Shown here: positions 45,769 through 55,200 of the stretch, one piece after another
Numbering within the stretch: the stretch's first letter is position 1
How the letters are laid out: each line of letters starts with the position of its first letter
The notes under the pieces: model-generated
Seen by the model: only the letters and a program-made list of their open reading frames with translations
Databases searched by the model: none
Told to the model about the DNA's origin: nothing
Translations under genes and position numbers: made by a program
Source: a virus
IMG/VR virus record: IMGVR_UViG_3300037963_003542
Length of the DNA: 64,000 bases
Strand: one strand, 5' to 3'

Positions 45769-48700
45769 ATGAATACATTCGTCTACGATTCATCACCGTC
45801 AAATATTAATACCTTTACGACGCAGGACTTTGGAAGCATCGGTGATGCTCCAACGGTTACTGCTGACTATGAGATTGCGCGTGATGATATTACCGTAGCC
45901 GAAGGACAGGATCTTATTGTAGATAATGATCTGATCCTATTCGTAGAGTCAACTGCTGATTATGATGAAATTAATTTCACTGAGACTACATATCCATTCG
46001 GGAAGATTACTGTCGGTGGCGGCGAAAGTGCCTCCGCTACCGTAGTATTCATTTCCGTTCCAGAACCAATAAGACTCTACGAGAAAGCGATTGTCGTAAG
46101 AAAACAAGCGTGGACAGGTTCTGGTACATTATTTGAAATTTCTAATGGTCTAGAAAGAATTGCTGCGCCTTATATTGGCGGTTCTGGACCTCTGCGTGTA
46201 TCTGGTAGCGCAACTGTATTGCGCTCTCCTGCACACAACGAATTCTCATTCAAAGCCTATGGCACTGCAGATTATGGCAATCTCGGTGCTGTAGGTTCTT
46301 CTGTTGATCTTGGACAGGTTGATCAAGAATTTACAACCGAGTCTGAATACGGAAGTATTGTTGTCGGTGATGAAGTAAGAGCATCTGGTAGCTTTAGATG
46401 GTCTAGCAACACCGTAACAAAATTAGAAAAAGATTGGACTAAGGTAGGATCTGGATCACTCTTCGGATTATCTGGTGCTGGCGTCGTAGTAGCACAGACC
46501 GATGAGACTACAGGTCTCTTTAAAGTATTTAATAGCACAATTCCAGATGCGTTCTCTAGAATCTATGATGGTTCTGGATCTCTCTTTACTATCTTCACAA
46601 ATGCAGAGAGTAGAACGTTTATCTATAATTCAGAGGCAGTCTTAAGTCTCGATGTAGATCAAATTGATTATGGTGTTGGATTAGGCACCGTATCAGTTAC
46701 AGAAGATTATGGACCTGTAGGCGGAAATAGCACAGGTGATACTGACTATGGTCAGATTGCTGTAAGTGATCTTGTTCCATATGGATCGTTTAGATTCTCT
46801 GGCGGTATAGACGAAGACTTCAGACCAGTTCTGAGAACGTTTGGTCATCAGTCCACTGGTGGATTTAAGGTATCAGGAACTTCTGCAGATCAACTTAATG
46901 AGCCTGCGACTCAGATTTATATTGTAACTGGTAACGAAGTTGATACCAGAACTAAGCATGTATTCACCTTAACTGGTGAAGATAAGACTCTCATTGCCAG
47001 AACATATCATGGCGAAGGTTCACTCTTCAGTATTGGTGATAAGGTAGAAAGAAAAACTTATAATTATAGTTCAAACGAGACCTTAGAAGGTCTTGCAGAT
47101 ATTGATAATGGTAACATTGGAACAACTCCAACAACTACATCTGACTATGGTCAGGTTGCAGGACAGTCTGGTGGAGATACTGATTATGGTGACCTCAGAT
47201 TTGAAGATGGTAATAGGTTTGGAACACTTCACGTTAGTGGTGCTGCTATTACTGCTCCAGATGCACTCAATCTCGGAATTTACATTGCATCTATTGAAGA
47301 ACAAGAATGGTCTGTGGATGGTAAGATCCGTAGAGATTCTCTGTTCTTCAGTGGTGCTGGATCACAAACAGCAGTATTCTCTGAAGTAGGTTCTGGTTCT
47401 CTGTTCAGTATAGTTGGTGGCATCGAAGCTGCTACCTTCTCATACACCAGTGAATCAATCACTCCACTGTCAGATCCAATTTCCTATGGGTCTATTGGAA
47501 CTTCACCTACAGCAAACATCGATCATGGTATTGTAGGTGGCAATACAGTTGGTGATCAGGATTATGGCGAGACTGTACCTGTCACCACTCTCATTCCATT
47601 CGGAACTCTTAATATTGCTGGTGCTGGATCGGATAGAGCAATTCGTAGTATTGTTGGTGAAGGTTCACTATTTACTGCTGGAGGTCTTGTTGAGTCCAAG
47701 AGTAATACTGAGGCGGAAAGCACAGTACTCTTTACCTTCAACGGCGGTGGCGCTGAGAAGCAAGTAGATAATTATGTCGGAACTGGATCTCTATTCCATG
47801 TTGGCGATAAACTCGAAAGAGCTGCATACAGCTATAATGAGTCTGCAATTCTTGAAGTTGCAACTGAAAATGATTATGGATCAATTACTGCTACAGGAAC
47901 ATCTGTAGATTATGGTTCAGTCGGAACCAGTTATACCACAGAAACTGATAATGGTCTGATTATCGACTCTGAGAGAGTAGAACCTTATGGTCTCTTCAGA
48001 ATTTATGGTGCTGCTGCTACGGTCGCATATCAGAGATTCCCATACACAGGTTATGCGAACGTCAGATTCACACATCAACCTCTGCCAACTGATACTAAAT
48101 TCATCCCAGCATATGCTGGTAGCGGAGAATTTACGTTTGAGTGGAATAATAGTGAAGCATATTGTAAGGCAACTTACATTGGTCAGGGTAGACTCTTCAG
48201 TATTGGTGATAAGGTAGAAAGAAATACTTATAGTTATAATACTTCTTCGATAGCCCCACTTGGTTCCAACATTGATTACGGATCAATTGGCAACACTCCT
48301 GGTTCAACTCTTGATTATGGTGCTCCAGCTGGAACATCCACCAGCGCAGAGAATTATGGAGTTATCACTACACTTCCTGGTGATGAGCGTCCACTGGGTC
48401 AACTGTTTGAACTCGTCGGTGCTGCTGAATATGTATTCAAGCCAATTTTTGCTTGGAATCGTCCGAGTCCCCCAATCAAGGTATTCAACGATCAGCAAGA
48501 TCCTGCAGACTTCAGATTCCGTCCTCATTGGAGAGGCGTTACTGTTGGTTCTCCAAAACTTCGCAACGCTCCAGACGGAGAGTTCAATACTTATGCAAGA
48601 ACCAGACCTTTCATTGGCGAAGGTTCACTCTTCAGTATTGGCGACAAGGAAGAAAGAGCAACTTACAGATACAGCTCAACTTCTACAGTTACATTTGAAC

Positions 48701-51700
48701 CTACTGAGGATTATGGAAGCATCACTTCCTCTCCAACAGCAACTGCAGATTATGGTTCTGTAGATCAAGTTGTAACAGGTGGAGAGGGAGATCTTGGCAG
48801 TATTGTCGTTGATGACAATCTCCAACCTCTTACTGGTCTATTCAGAATTTCTGGTGCTGCACCTAAGGTTCAGTTCGTTCGTGGACCTTATGTTGTCAAA
48901 CCAGTTGCTCTTAGAATCTTTAATGAGCAGCAAGATCCTGCAGATTTCACTTTCCGTCCTCATTGGAGATCACGTCCTTACGAACAAGGAAAGCTTACTG
49001 GCGAAGCTGCAACTCCAAGAGCAAGAGATTTCGTTGGTTCTGGTTCACTCTTCCATATCGGTGATAGGGTCGAGAGAAATACTTACAGCTATAACACCTC
49101 CTCTGTATATGAATACAGTGAAATTGGTGATTATGGTGATCTTGGTGCAGTTACATTATCCGAAGATTATGGTTCAGTTGGTACTACCAATACTGCTGAA
49201 CAAGATTATGGTAACCTCACTGCTACAGATTGGGTCTACCCATTCGGACTCTTTGCTGTCAGTGGTTCTGCATCGACCAAAGAAATCAATGTTTATGGTT
49301 ACTATGGTGATGATAATGATCCAGGAACTTCTGGTTCGCTGTTTGCATTCAAGGGTGCTGCTGAGTCCATCACCAGCAATCCTCCTGAGAACACTGTTCT
49401 TTACACATTCGGTTCTGGATATTCTGCCCTTTCATTCAGCAAGGGTAACTACGATGGTTCTGGTTCACTCTTTAACATCGGTGACAGAGTTGAAAAAGCA
49501 GCATACAGCTATAATACTTCTTCCTCTATTGATGATGTTACAGCAGAAGGAGATTATGGATCGATTACAAATACTGCTGGAACAACCGTTGACTATGGTT
49601 CAGTAGATGGTGTAGTTGTTCCTCCAACTGTTGATCATGGTGATCTTATTACTGTACTTGGTGAAGGTGAACCATTTGGTCTCTTCAGAATTTCTGGTGC
49701 TGCCAGCGGTGTACAGGCAATCTTCAGCGAAGTTGGATCTGGTTCACTGTTTACCGCAATCGGAACTTCCGAGTGTGTCGGATTCAACCCACCAGAAGAA
49801 ACCTTCCTCTTCGGATTCACTGGTGGTGCAGTTGAGAAACATGTCGAGAACTATGTTGGTTCTGGACTTATCAAGATTAAGGAAGAGACACCTCTCGCTC
49901 CCAATTCTCACATCAGGTTCCGTCCATGGTGGAGATCCTACGGAGAGATCAATGTATATGGTGAAGTTGATGAGATCTTCAAAGGTTCTTACATTGGTAA
50001 CAAATCTAATGTCAGTCTCCATGTTTATACTCCAAATCCAGGTCAAGAGTGGAGATCTTACAGACCATCTCCTCGTTATGTCAACTCCATCTACGGCAAG
50101 ATCGGTGGTTCTGCATTCGTCAACGGCGACGGTGAAACTCGCAAGATCAATGTTTATGGTTACTATGGTGATGACAGAGATCCTGGAACTTCTGGTTCGC
50201 TGTTCGGATTCGGTGGCGGTGCAGAGTCCAGATCTATTGCACTCGAAACAGACGAGTCAATAACACTCTTCACTGCTTCTGGCGAATCTCAATCTAAATG
50301 GAATCCTGCGTGGACATCACGTCCAGACGGATCACCAAGATTGTCTGGTACTCCAGAACTACAACTTAGATTTAACATCTTCACTAATCCTGAATTCGAG
50401 AAGTTCATCTTTAGTGGTACTCCAGATCTTAAGATCACTCTCAGTCATGTTGGATCTGGTTCACTGTTCAGTGTTGGTGGTGCAAGCGAGATTGTCGGAT
50501 TCAATCCAACAACAGAAACTGCCCTGTTCACCTGGCATGGCAATACAATTGTTGGATTCTCTCTGCTCCACATTGGTTCTGGTTCATTCTCTGCATTTGG
50601 TGGTGCTGCAGAATCTACAACTGTCGAAGTTCCAGACAGCACAGTTCTCTTTATTCCATCAGGTTCTGCTGGTCAATCAACCACCAGAGACTTTATCGGA
50701 GAAGGTTCCACTTCACTCAATGGAAATCTGGTCGAGAGTCAAACTGATGTTTATGTTGGCGAAGGTTCACTCTTCAGTGCTGGTGGTGCCGCCGAAGTAG
50801 TTTCTGTTACCGAAGCAGAAAGCACAGTTCTCTTTACTGCTGCTGGCGGAGAAGACTATTCATTCACCAGATCTGCTGTTGCCGAAGGTGCCACAAACAT
50901 TTATGGTATTGCAGACGAAGGATTTGCAAGACCTTACGCAGGCGAAGGTTCACTCTTCAGTATCGGTGGTGCTTCCGAATCTGCAACTGTCGCAGAAGAA
51001 TCTACTGGACTCTTCACGTTTGAAGGTAATTCAGTACTTGAGATTAGCAAATCGTTCTCTGGTTCTGGATCAATCTTTGGTATCGGCGGTGCAGCAGAGG
51101 CAGTCGCTGTTGCTCCAGAAATCAAGAGTGAAACAAATCTGTACAGATTCAGTGGTATCGCTGCCGAGAAACAAAGCAGCAGATATATCTCTGAAGGTGT
51201 TACTGCTTTCGTATCTGGTTCCGCTGATATCATTGCTGCCAGAATTTACGAAGGCAAAGGTTCTCTGTTTGCTGTTGGCGGAGCTACAGAATCCACCACT
51301 TCCAATCCTCCAGAGAATACAGTTCTCTACACTGTCGAAGGTCGTGGTGTATTCAAGGTCACTTCCGATTATACTGGTTCTGGAACAGAATTTATCAGCG
51401 GTGCTGGTGATGTTACTAGATCTAGAGACTTTGTTGGATCTGGTTCACTCTTCAGTACAAATGGTGCTGCCGAGTCTACCACTATTGCCGTCGAAAGCAT
51501 TCAACTCTTCTCTGCATCTGGAACTGCAGACGAAAGCTTTACGAAAGGTAATTATGATGGTAGTGGTTCTGCCACAGTTTCTGGTGAAGTATCAGACATC
51601 AAACTTACATATGGTAATCAAGTATTCGCATATGTCAGTACTTCGGGCGAACTTGATGAGAGACAAACTGATGCTTACGCTGGTTCAGGTTCCCTGTTTG

Positions 51701-51924
51701 GATACAACGGAGTCGCAGAATCTAGAACGATTGACATCGACACCGTTGAAGAATCTACTTCTGGTGAAGATGTTTCTACAAATCTCTTTACAGTTACTGG
51801 CAATAACCCAGGAAGCGTCACGAGAATTACGCAACCTGGAACCGCTAAGTTTAAACTAACAGGATCTTCCGTAAATGTTCTTATTCTCTTTAGCCCAATT
51901 AGAATCTTTAGCACGATAATATAA
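45769..51924 (+). CDS. giant repetitive structural protein (2051 aa)
   Basis: About 20 G(S/E)GSLF motifs and more than 20 DYG/DHG motifs; internal nucleotide duplications. Confidence 0.8.
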   Translation: MNTFVYDSSPSNINTFTTQDFGSIGDAPTVTADYEIARDDITVAEGQDLIVDNDLILFVESTADYDEINFTETTYPFGKITVGGGESASATVVFISVPEPIRLYEKAIVVRKQAWTGSGTLFEISNGLERIAAPYIGGSGPLRVSGSATVLRSPAHNEFSFKAYGTADYGNLGAVGSSVDLGQVDQEFTTESEYGSIVVGDEVRASGSFRWSSNTVTKLEKDWTKVGSGSLFGLSGAGVVVAQTDETTGLFKVFNSTIPDAFSRIYDGSGSLFTIFTNAESRTFIYNSEAVLSLDVDQIDYGVGLGTVSVTEDYGPVGGNSTGDTDYGQIAVSDLVPYGSFRFSGGIDEDFRPVLRTFGHQSTGGFKVSGTSADQLNEPATQIYIVTGNEVDTRTKHVFTLTGEDKTLIARTYHGEGSLFSIGDKVERKTYNYSSNETLEGLADIDNGNIGTTPTTTSDYGQVAGQSGGDTDYGDLRFEDGNRFGTLHVSGAAITAPDALNLGIYIASIEEQEWSVDGKIRRDSLFFSGAGSQTAVFSEVGSGSLFSIVGGIEAATFSYTSESITPLSDPISYGSIGTSPTANIDHGIVGGNTVGDQDYGETVPVTTLIPFGTLNIAGAGSDRAIRSIVGEGSLFTAGGLVESKSNTEAESTVLFTFNGGGAEKQVDNYVGTGSLFHVGDKLERAAYSYNESAILEVATENDYGSITATGTSVDYGSVGTSYTTETDNGLIIDSERVEPYGLFRIYGAAATVAYQRFPYTGYANVRFTHQPLPTDTKFIPAYAGSGEFTFEWNNSEAYCKATYIGQGRLFSIGDKVERNTYSYNTSSIAPLGSNIDYGSIGNTPGSTLDYGAPAGTSTSAENYGVITTLPGDERPLGQLFELVGAAEYVFKPIFAWNRPSPPIKVFNDQQDPADFRFRPHWRGVTVGSPKLRNAPDGEFNTYARTRPFIGEGSLFSIGDKEERATYRYSSTSTVTFEPTEDYGSITSSPTATADYGSVDQVVTGGEGDLGSIVVDDNLQPLTGLFRISGAAPKVQFVRGPYVVKPVALRIFNEQQDPADFTFRPHWRSRPYEQGKLTGEAATPRARDFVGSGSLFHIGDRVERNTYSYNTSSVYEYSEIGDYGDLGAVTLSEDYGSVGTTNTAEQDYGNLTATDWVYPFGLFAVSGSASTKEINVYGYYGDDNDPGTSGSLFAFKGAAESITSNPPENTVLYTFGSGYSALSFSKGNYDGSGSLFNIGDRVEKAAYSYNTSSSIDDVTAEGDYGSITNTAGTTVDYGSVDGVVVPPTVDHGDLITVLGEGEPFGLFRISGAASGVQAIFSEVGSGSLFTAIGTSECVGFNPPEETFLFGFTGGAVEKHVENYVGSGLIKIKEETPLAPNSHIRFRPWWRSYGEINVYGEVDEIFKGSYIGNKSNVSLHVYTPNPGQEWRSYRPSPRYVNSIYGKIGGSAFVNGDGETRKINVYGYYGDDRDPGTSGSLFGFGGGAESRSIALETDESITLFTASGESQSKWNPAWTSRPDGSPRLSGTPELQLRFNIFTNPEFEKFIFSGTPDLKITLSHVGSGSLFSVGGASEIVGFNPTTETALFTWHGNTIVGFSLLHIGSGSFSAFGGAAESTTVEVPDSTVLFIPSGSAGQSTTRDFIGEGSTSLNGNLVESQTDVYVGEGSLFSAGGAAEVVSVTEAESTVLFTAAGGEDYSFTRSAVAEGATNIYGIADEGFARPYAGEGSLFSIGGASESATVAEESTGLFTFEGNSVLEISKSFSGSGSIFGIGGAAEAVAVAPEIKSETNLYRFSGIAAEKQSSRYISEGVTAFVSGSADIIAARIYEGKGSLFAVGGATESTTSNPPENTVLYTVEGRGVFKVTSDYTGSGTEFISGAGDVTRSRDFVGSGSLFSTNGAAESTTIAVESIQLFSASGTADESFTKGNYDGSGSATVSGEVSDIKLTYGNQVFAYVSTSGELDERQTDAYAGSGSLFGYNGVAESRTIDIDTVEESTSGEDVSTNLFTVTGNNPGSVTRITQPGTAKFKLTGSSVNVLILFSPIRIFSTII

Positions 51925-51931
51925 TAATTCT

Positions 51932-51939
51932 TATAAATA
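51932..51939 (+). promoter_or_regulatory. late promoter TATAAATA
   Basis: Exact consensus upstream of 51971. Confidence 0.75.
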
Positions 51940-51970
51940 AAAGAAGAAAAACTCCCGTTTAGGTAACGAC

Positions 51971-52159
51971 ATGACTACTCAAGTACAGTTTCGTAGAGGT
52001 ACTACTCTACAACATGAAACTTTTACTGGCGCAGAAGGTGAAATCACCGTTGACACTGATAAGAATACTTTAGTTGTTCACGATGGTTCATTGGCTGGCG
52101 GTTATGAAGTTGCGTCTAAACGACTACTTATGGCAATGACCACTGCTATGGGCATCTGA
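51971..52159 (+). CDS. stand-alone Mtd_N-like (major tropism determinant N-terminal) mini-protein (62 aa)
   Basis: QVQFRRGTT..H..FTGAEGEITVDTDK.TLVVHDG...GG signature, followed only by a short hydrophobic C-terminal helix. Confidence 0.75.
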   Translation: MTTQVQFRRGTTLQHETFTGAEGEITVDTDKNTLVVHDGSLAGGYEVASKRLLMAMTTAMGI

Positions 52160-52200
52160 TGCTTTTTACCGTAAACATCATTAAGGATAATTAACTAAAA

Positions 52201-55200
52201 ATGGCAAAAAAACTAGCACACAACTATTCATTCGATGCCTCAGAAAGGCAGGTCAGGATTGACGGTAATATTTCTCATGATAGACTTTTACTTATCACAA
52301 ATATTACTGATAATGTAAATATCTATAATTTTGCAGACCCTACACTCAAAGCTACTGCTATTGAGTATGATGAATTTACCGAGGAGACTGTTATTACTCT
52401 GGCTCATGATACGAACCAGATGTCTGATAGTGATACATTGCAAATCTTTTATGAAAAAGATTATATTGCAATGGAACCTTCGGAAACATATGTTGACCCT
52501 GTTTCCAAGTTCCGTGTATCAACACCAGAAAACCTGATTGATACTGACTTTGAATATGGTCCTCAGGCATCTAAGTGGGAAACTCTACAGCTGATTAACC
52601 AGATTCCTTCGTTCTTCTCCAGTACTTCTGACACCACGATTCAACTTATTGAGAGTGTTGAGTCCACTCAAGATAACGAACTTATCACTGTAAAGACTGG
52701 TTTCGAGCATGGTCTTGCTAGTGGTACTCCTATTACAGTAACTGGTCTTACGTCTATTACTGCAGAAGGTACTTATCTTATTCAGTCAGTACCTAATACT
52801 ACATCATTTACATACAAGGCAAGAGCCAGACAACTTAATTCAGCAAGATTAGAAGGTACATATACTTCTATTATTCCTGGTCAGTTCTTCCAAGGTTCTC
52901 AAATTACTGTTGATACCTCAGTTGGTATTACTAGTGATTATTTTGAAGTCGCTGTCACCGTTCTCAATACAATTGAAATCGATACTGGTTCTGTTGTAAG
53001 TGGTACTTGGGCTATCGGAAATTCTGTAAGTTCTGATGGTGGTGCTACAGGTATTCTTTCTAAGAGAGATGGGACAAAAATTTGGCTTAGAGATGTTGTA
53101 GGAACATTCTCCCCAGCAGATACTATTGTCATTACTGGTTCATCTGTCACATATACTGTCTCGTCAGCTGGTGGTGGTAAGAATGTATTCTTCCTCGATG
53201 ACGTACAGCAACCATCATATAATCTGAGAAAGAAGGCAATTTATGACTTCGATCTCTCAAGTGCGACTTTAACTGGTCATACATTTAAGTTCTCAGAAAC
53301 TGTAGATGGTATCTTCGGTCCTGACGGATATGCCGCTGGTGATCCTAATGATACTGGTGACGCAGGTACTGAGTACGTTACATTCGTCAAGATGACTGGA
53401 ACTCCTGGATCAGCAGGTGCTTATCTGAGAATTTATACTACAAATGCAACACCAGACTTGAATTACTATTGCAGTAATCACTCTGGAATGGGTGGCGCAT
53501 CTCCTTCCGTTTATGTTACAGACACTAAAGTTCTTCTGAGAACTGTTGCTGAGCATGGTTTTGCTGATGACACCAACTTCTACTTCGTTAACTCAATTTC
53601 ACCAAAAGCTCTTGATGTTGTTGATTCAGCAGCAACTGCTCCTGATGGAAGACCTTATGTTGATCATGTTGACAGTCTGAGTATCAGTGCATCTCCTGAT
53701 CAAGATGAAACAATTCCATATGATAACGAGTCTACCTATACTCTGAAATTCTCTGAATCCGCAGTTAATTATTCTGCAGACACAATTACATATGAGAATC
53801 ATGGTTTGCAAAATGGTTACGCACTACTTTATTATCCTGCACCTGGAGACACTCCAATTGGCGGTTTGAGTAGAATGTGTGTATATTATGCAGAAAGAAT
53901 TGATGCAAATAACTTCAAACTTCATGACTCTCAGAGAGTTAATATTCTGAAGAACCTTTCTGCTGGTGGAACATGGACTTTTGGTAACCACAACTTAGGT
54001 CTTTGCTACAATACTCGTAGAGAGTATAAGAGTTGGGGTGATGAGTACATGTACTACTACACCTACTACTGGTCTAACCGTGGAACTTACTCGGGACATG
54101 ATTTCTCAAGTAACACTGCTCCATATAATTCTACATATGGTCTCGGAAACCAAGCATGGGACTTTGTTGCAGCGTTCTCAATCAGAAGACCTGGATTTGG
54201 TAACAGTGGTCATAATAGATATACCAATAACTATGAGTGGACGCAGAGATTCGGCACCAACTGGCAAACCTATGGATATAACCTGCAGACGCTCCCAATG
54301 GGAACAACTGCAATTTATCAAGGCGACTATGACTTCATCACCGACAACTACAATCATGGCGTAAACGGTGATAACACTGGTGGTTATAGCTATGGTTATA
54401 CCTATGGTGGTTATAACAGAGTTAATGGTAGAAGTTACTGGACCAGCACCATCTGGGGCGACAACATGAACTCAGATCGCCTGAGAATCTACGGTAATGA
54501 CTATTCATACTGGAGATATCAAGGTGACGCCGATGGATGGTGGGCAAGTAGAAGTGGATACCGTGATACTAATGACAGATATCATGGTGGTGTTAGTGAG
54601 GATGGTCGTACTAACATGTACTTTATGCTTTGTAAGCGTAATACAAGTACTAACGACTCGTTCTATGTTGAAGGTGGACACAGATTTAGTACTAATGACT
54701 TCGTAACACTGACAGTTAACTCTGGTCAAGGTATTCGCTATTATACAAATAGAACCACTGGAGTAAGTACCTATAACACTGGATCTCAATTCTATATTGA
54801 AGTTGTTGATGAGAACAGATTCAGACTTAAGACAAGCACTGGTTCATCTCCTGTAAGAATTGCTGCTGCTAATGGTGATTATTCTTTTGATGGTGTTGTA
54901 ACTAACATCTTCAAGAACTCCTTCTATATTACCAACAACCAATTCTCTAACGGCGAATTGATTCTGGTAACAGAAGATGTTGGTGCTTCTCTGCCTCCTG
55001 AAATTGCCAATAACGGTTCATACTACTTCCGCGCTATTGACGGTAATAGATTCCAGCTTCTTACGAATGCTACTGACAGCAATGAGATTGATCTCTCAAC
55101 TGGCGGTACTGGTTTGGTTACGTTTGAAAACGCTTCTGCATCCTTCGGTGCGGTTGACGGTTCATATACTACAACTAGAGCAATTGACGAGTTCACTCTT

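Noticed and set aside
47093-51859. Long alternative-frame + strand ORFs (e.g. 48779-49606, 49616-50263, 50879-51859) inside the 2051-aa gene
   Set aside because: Leu/Val/Met-rich frame shadows typical of Gly/Ser/Thr-rich T-ending codons; no slippery site or separate signals recognised.
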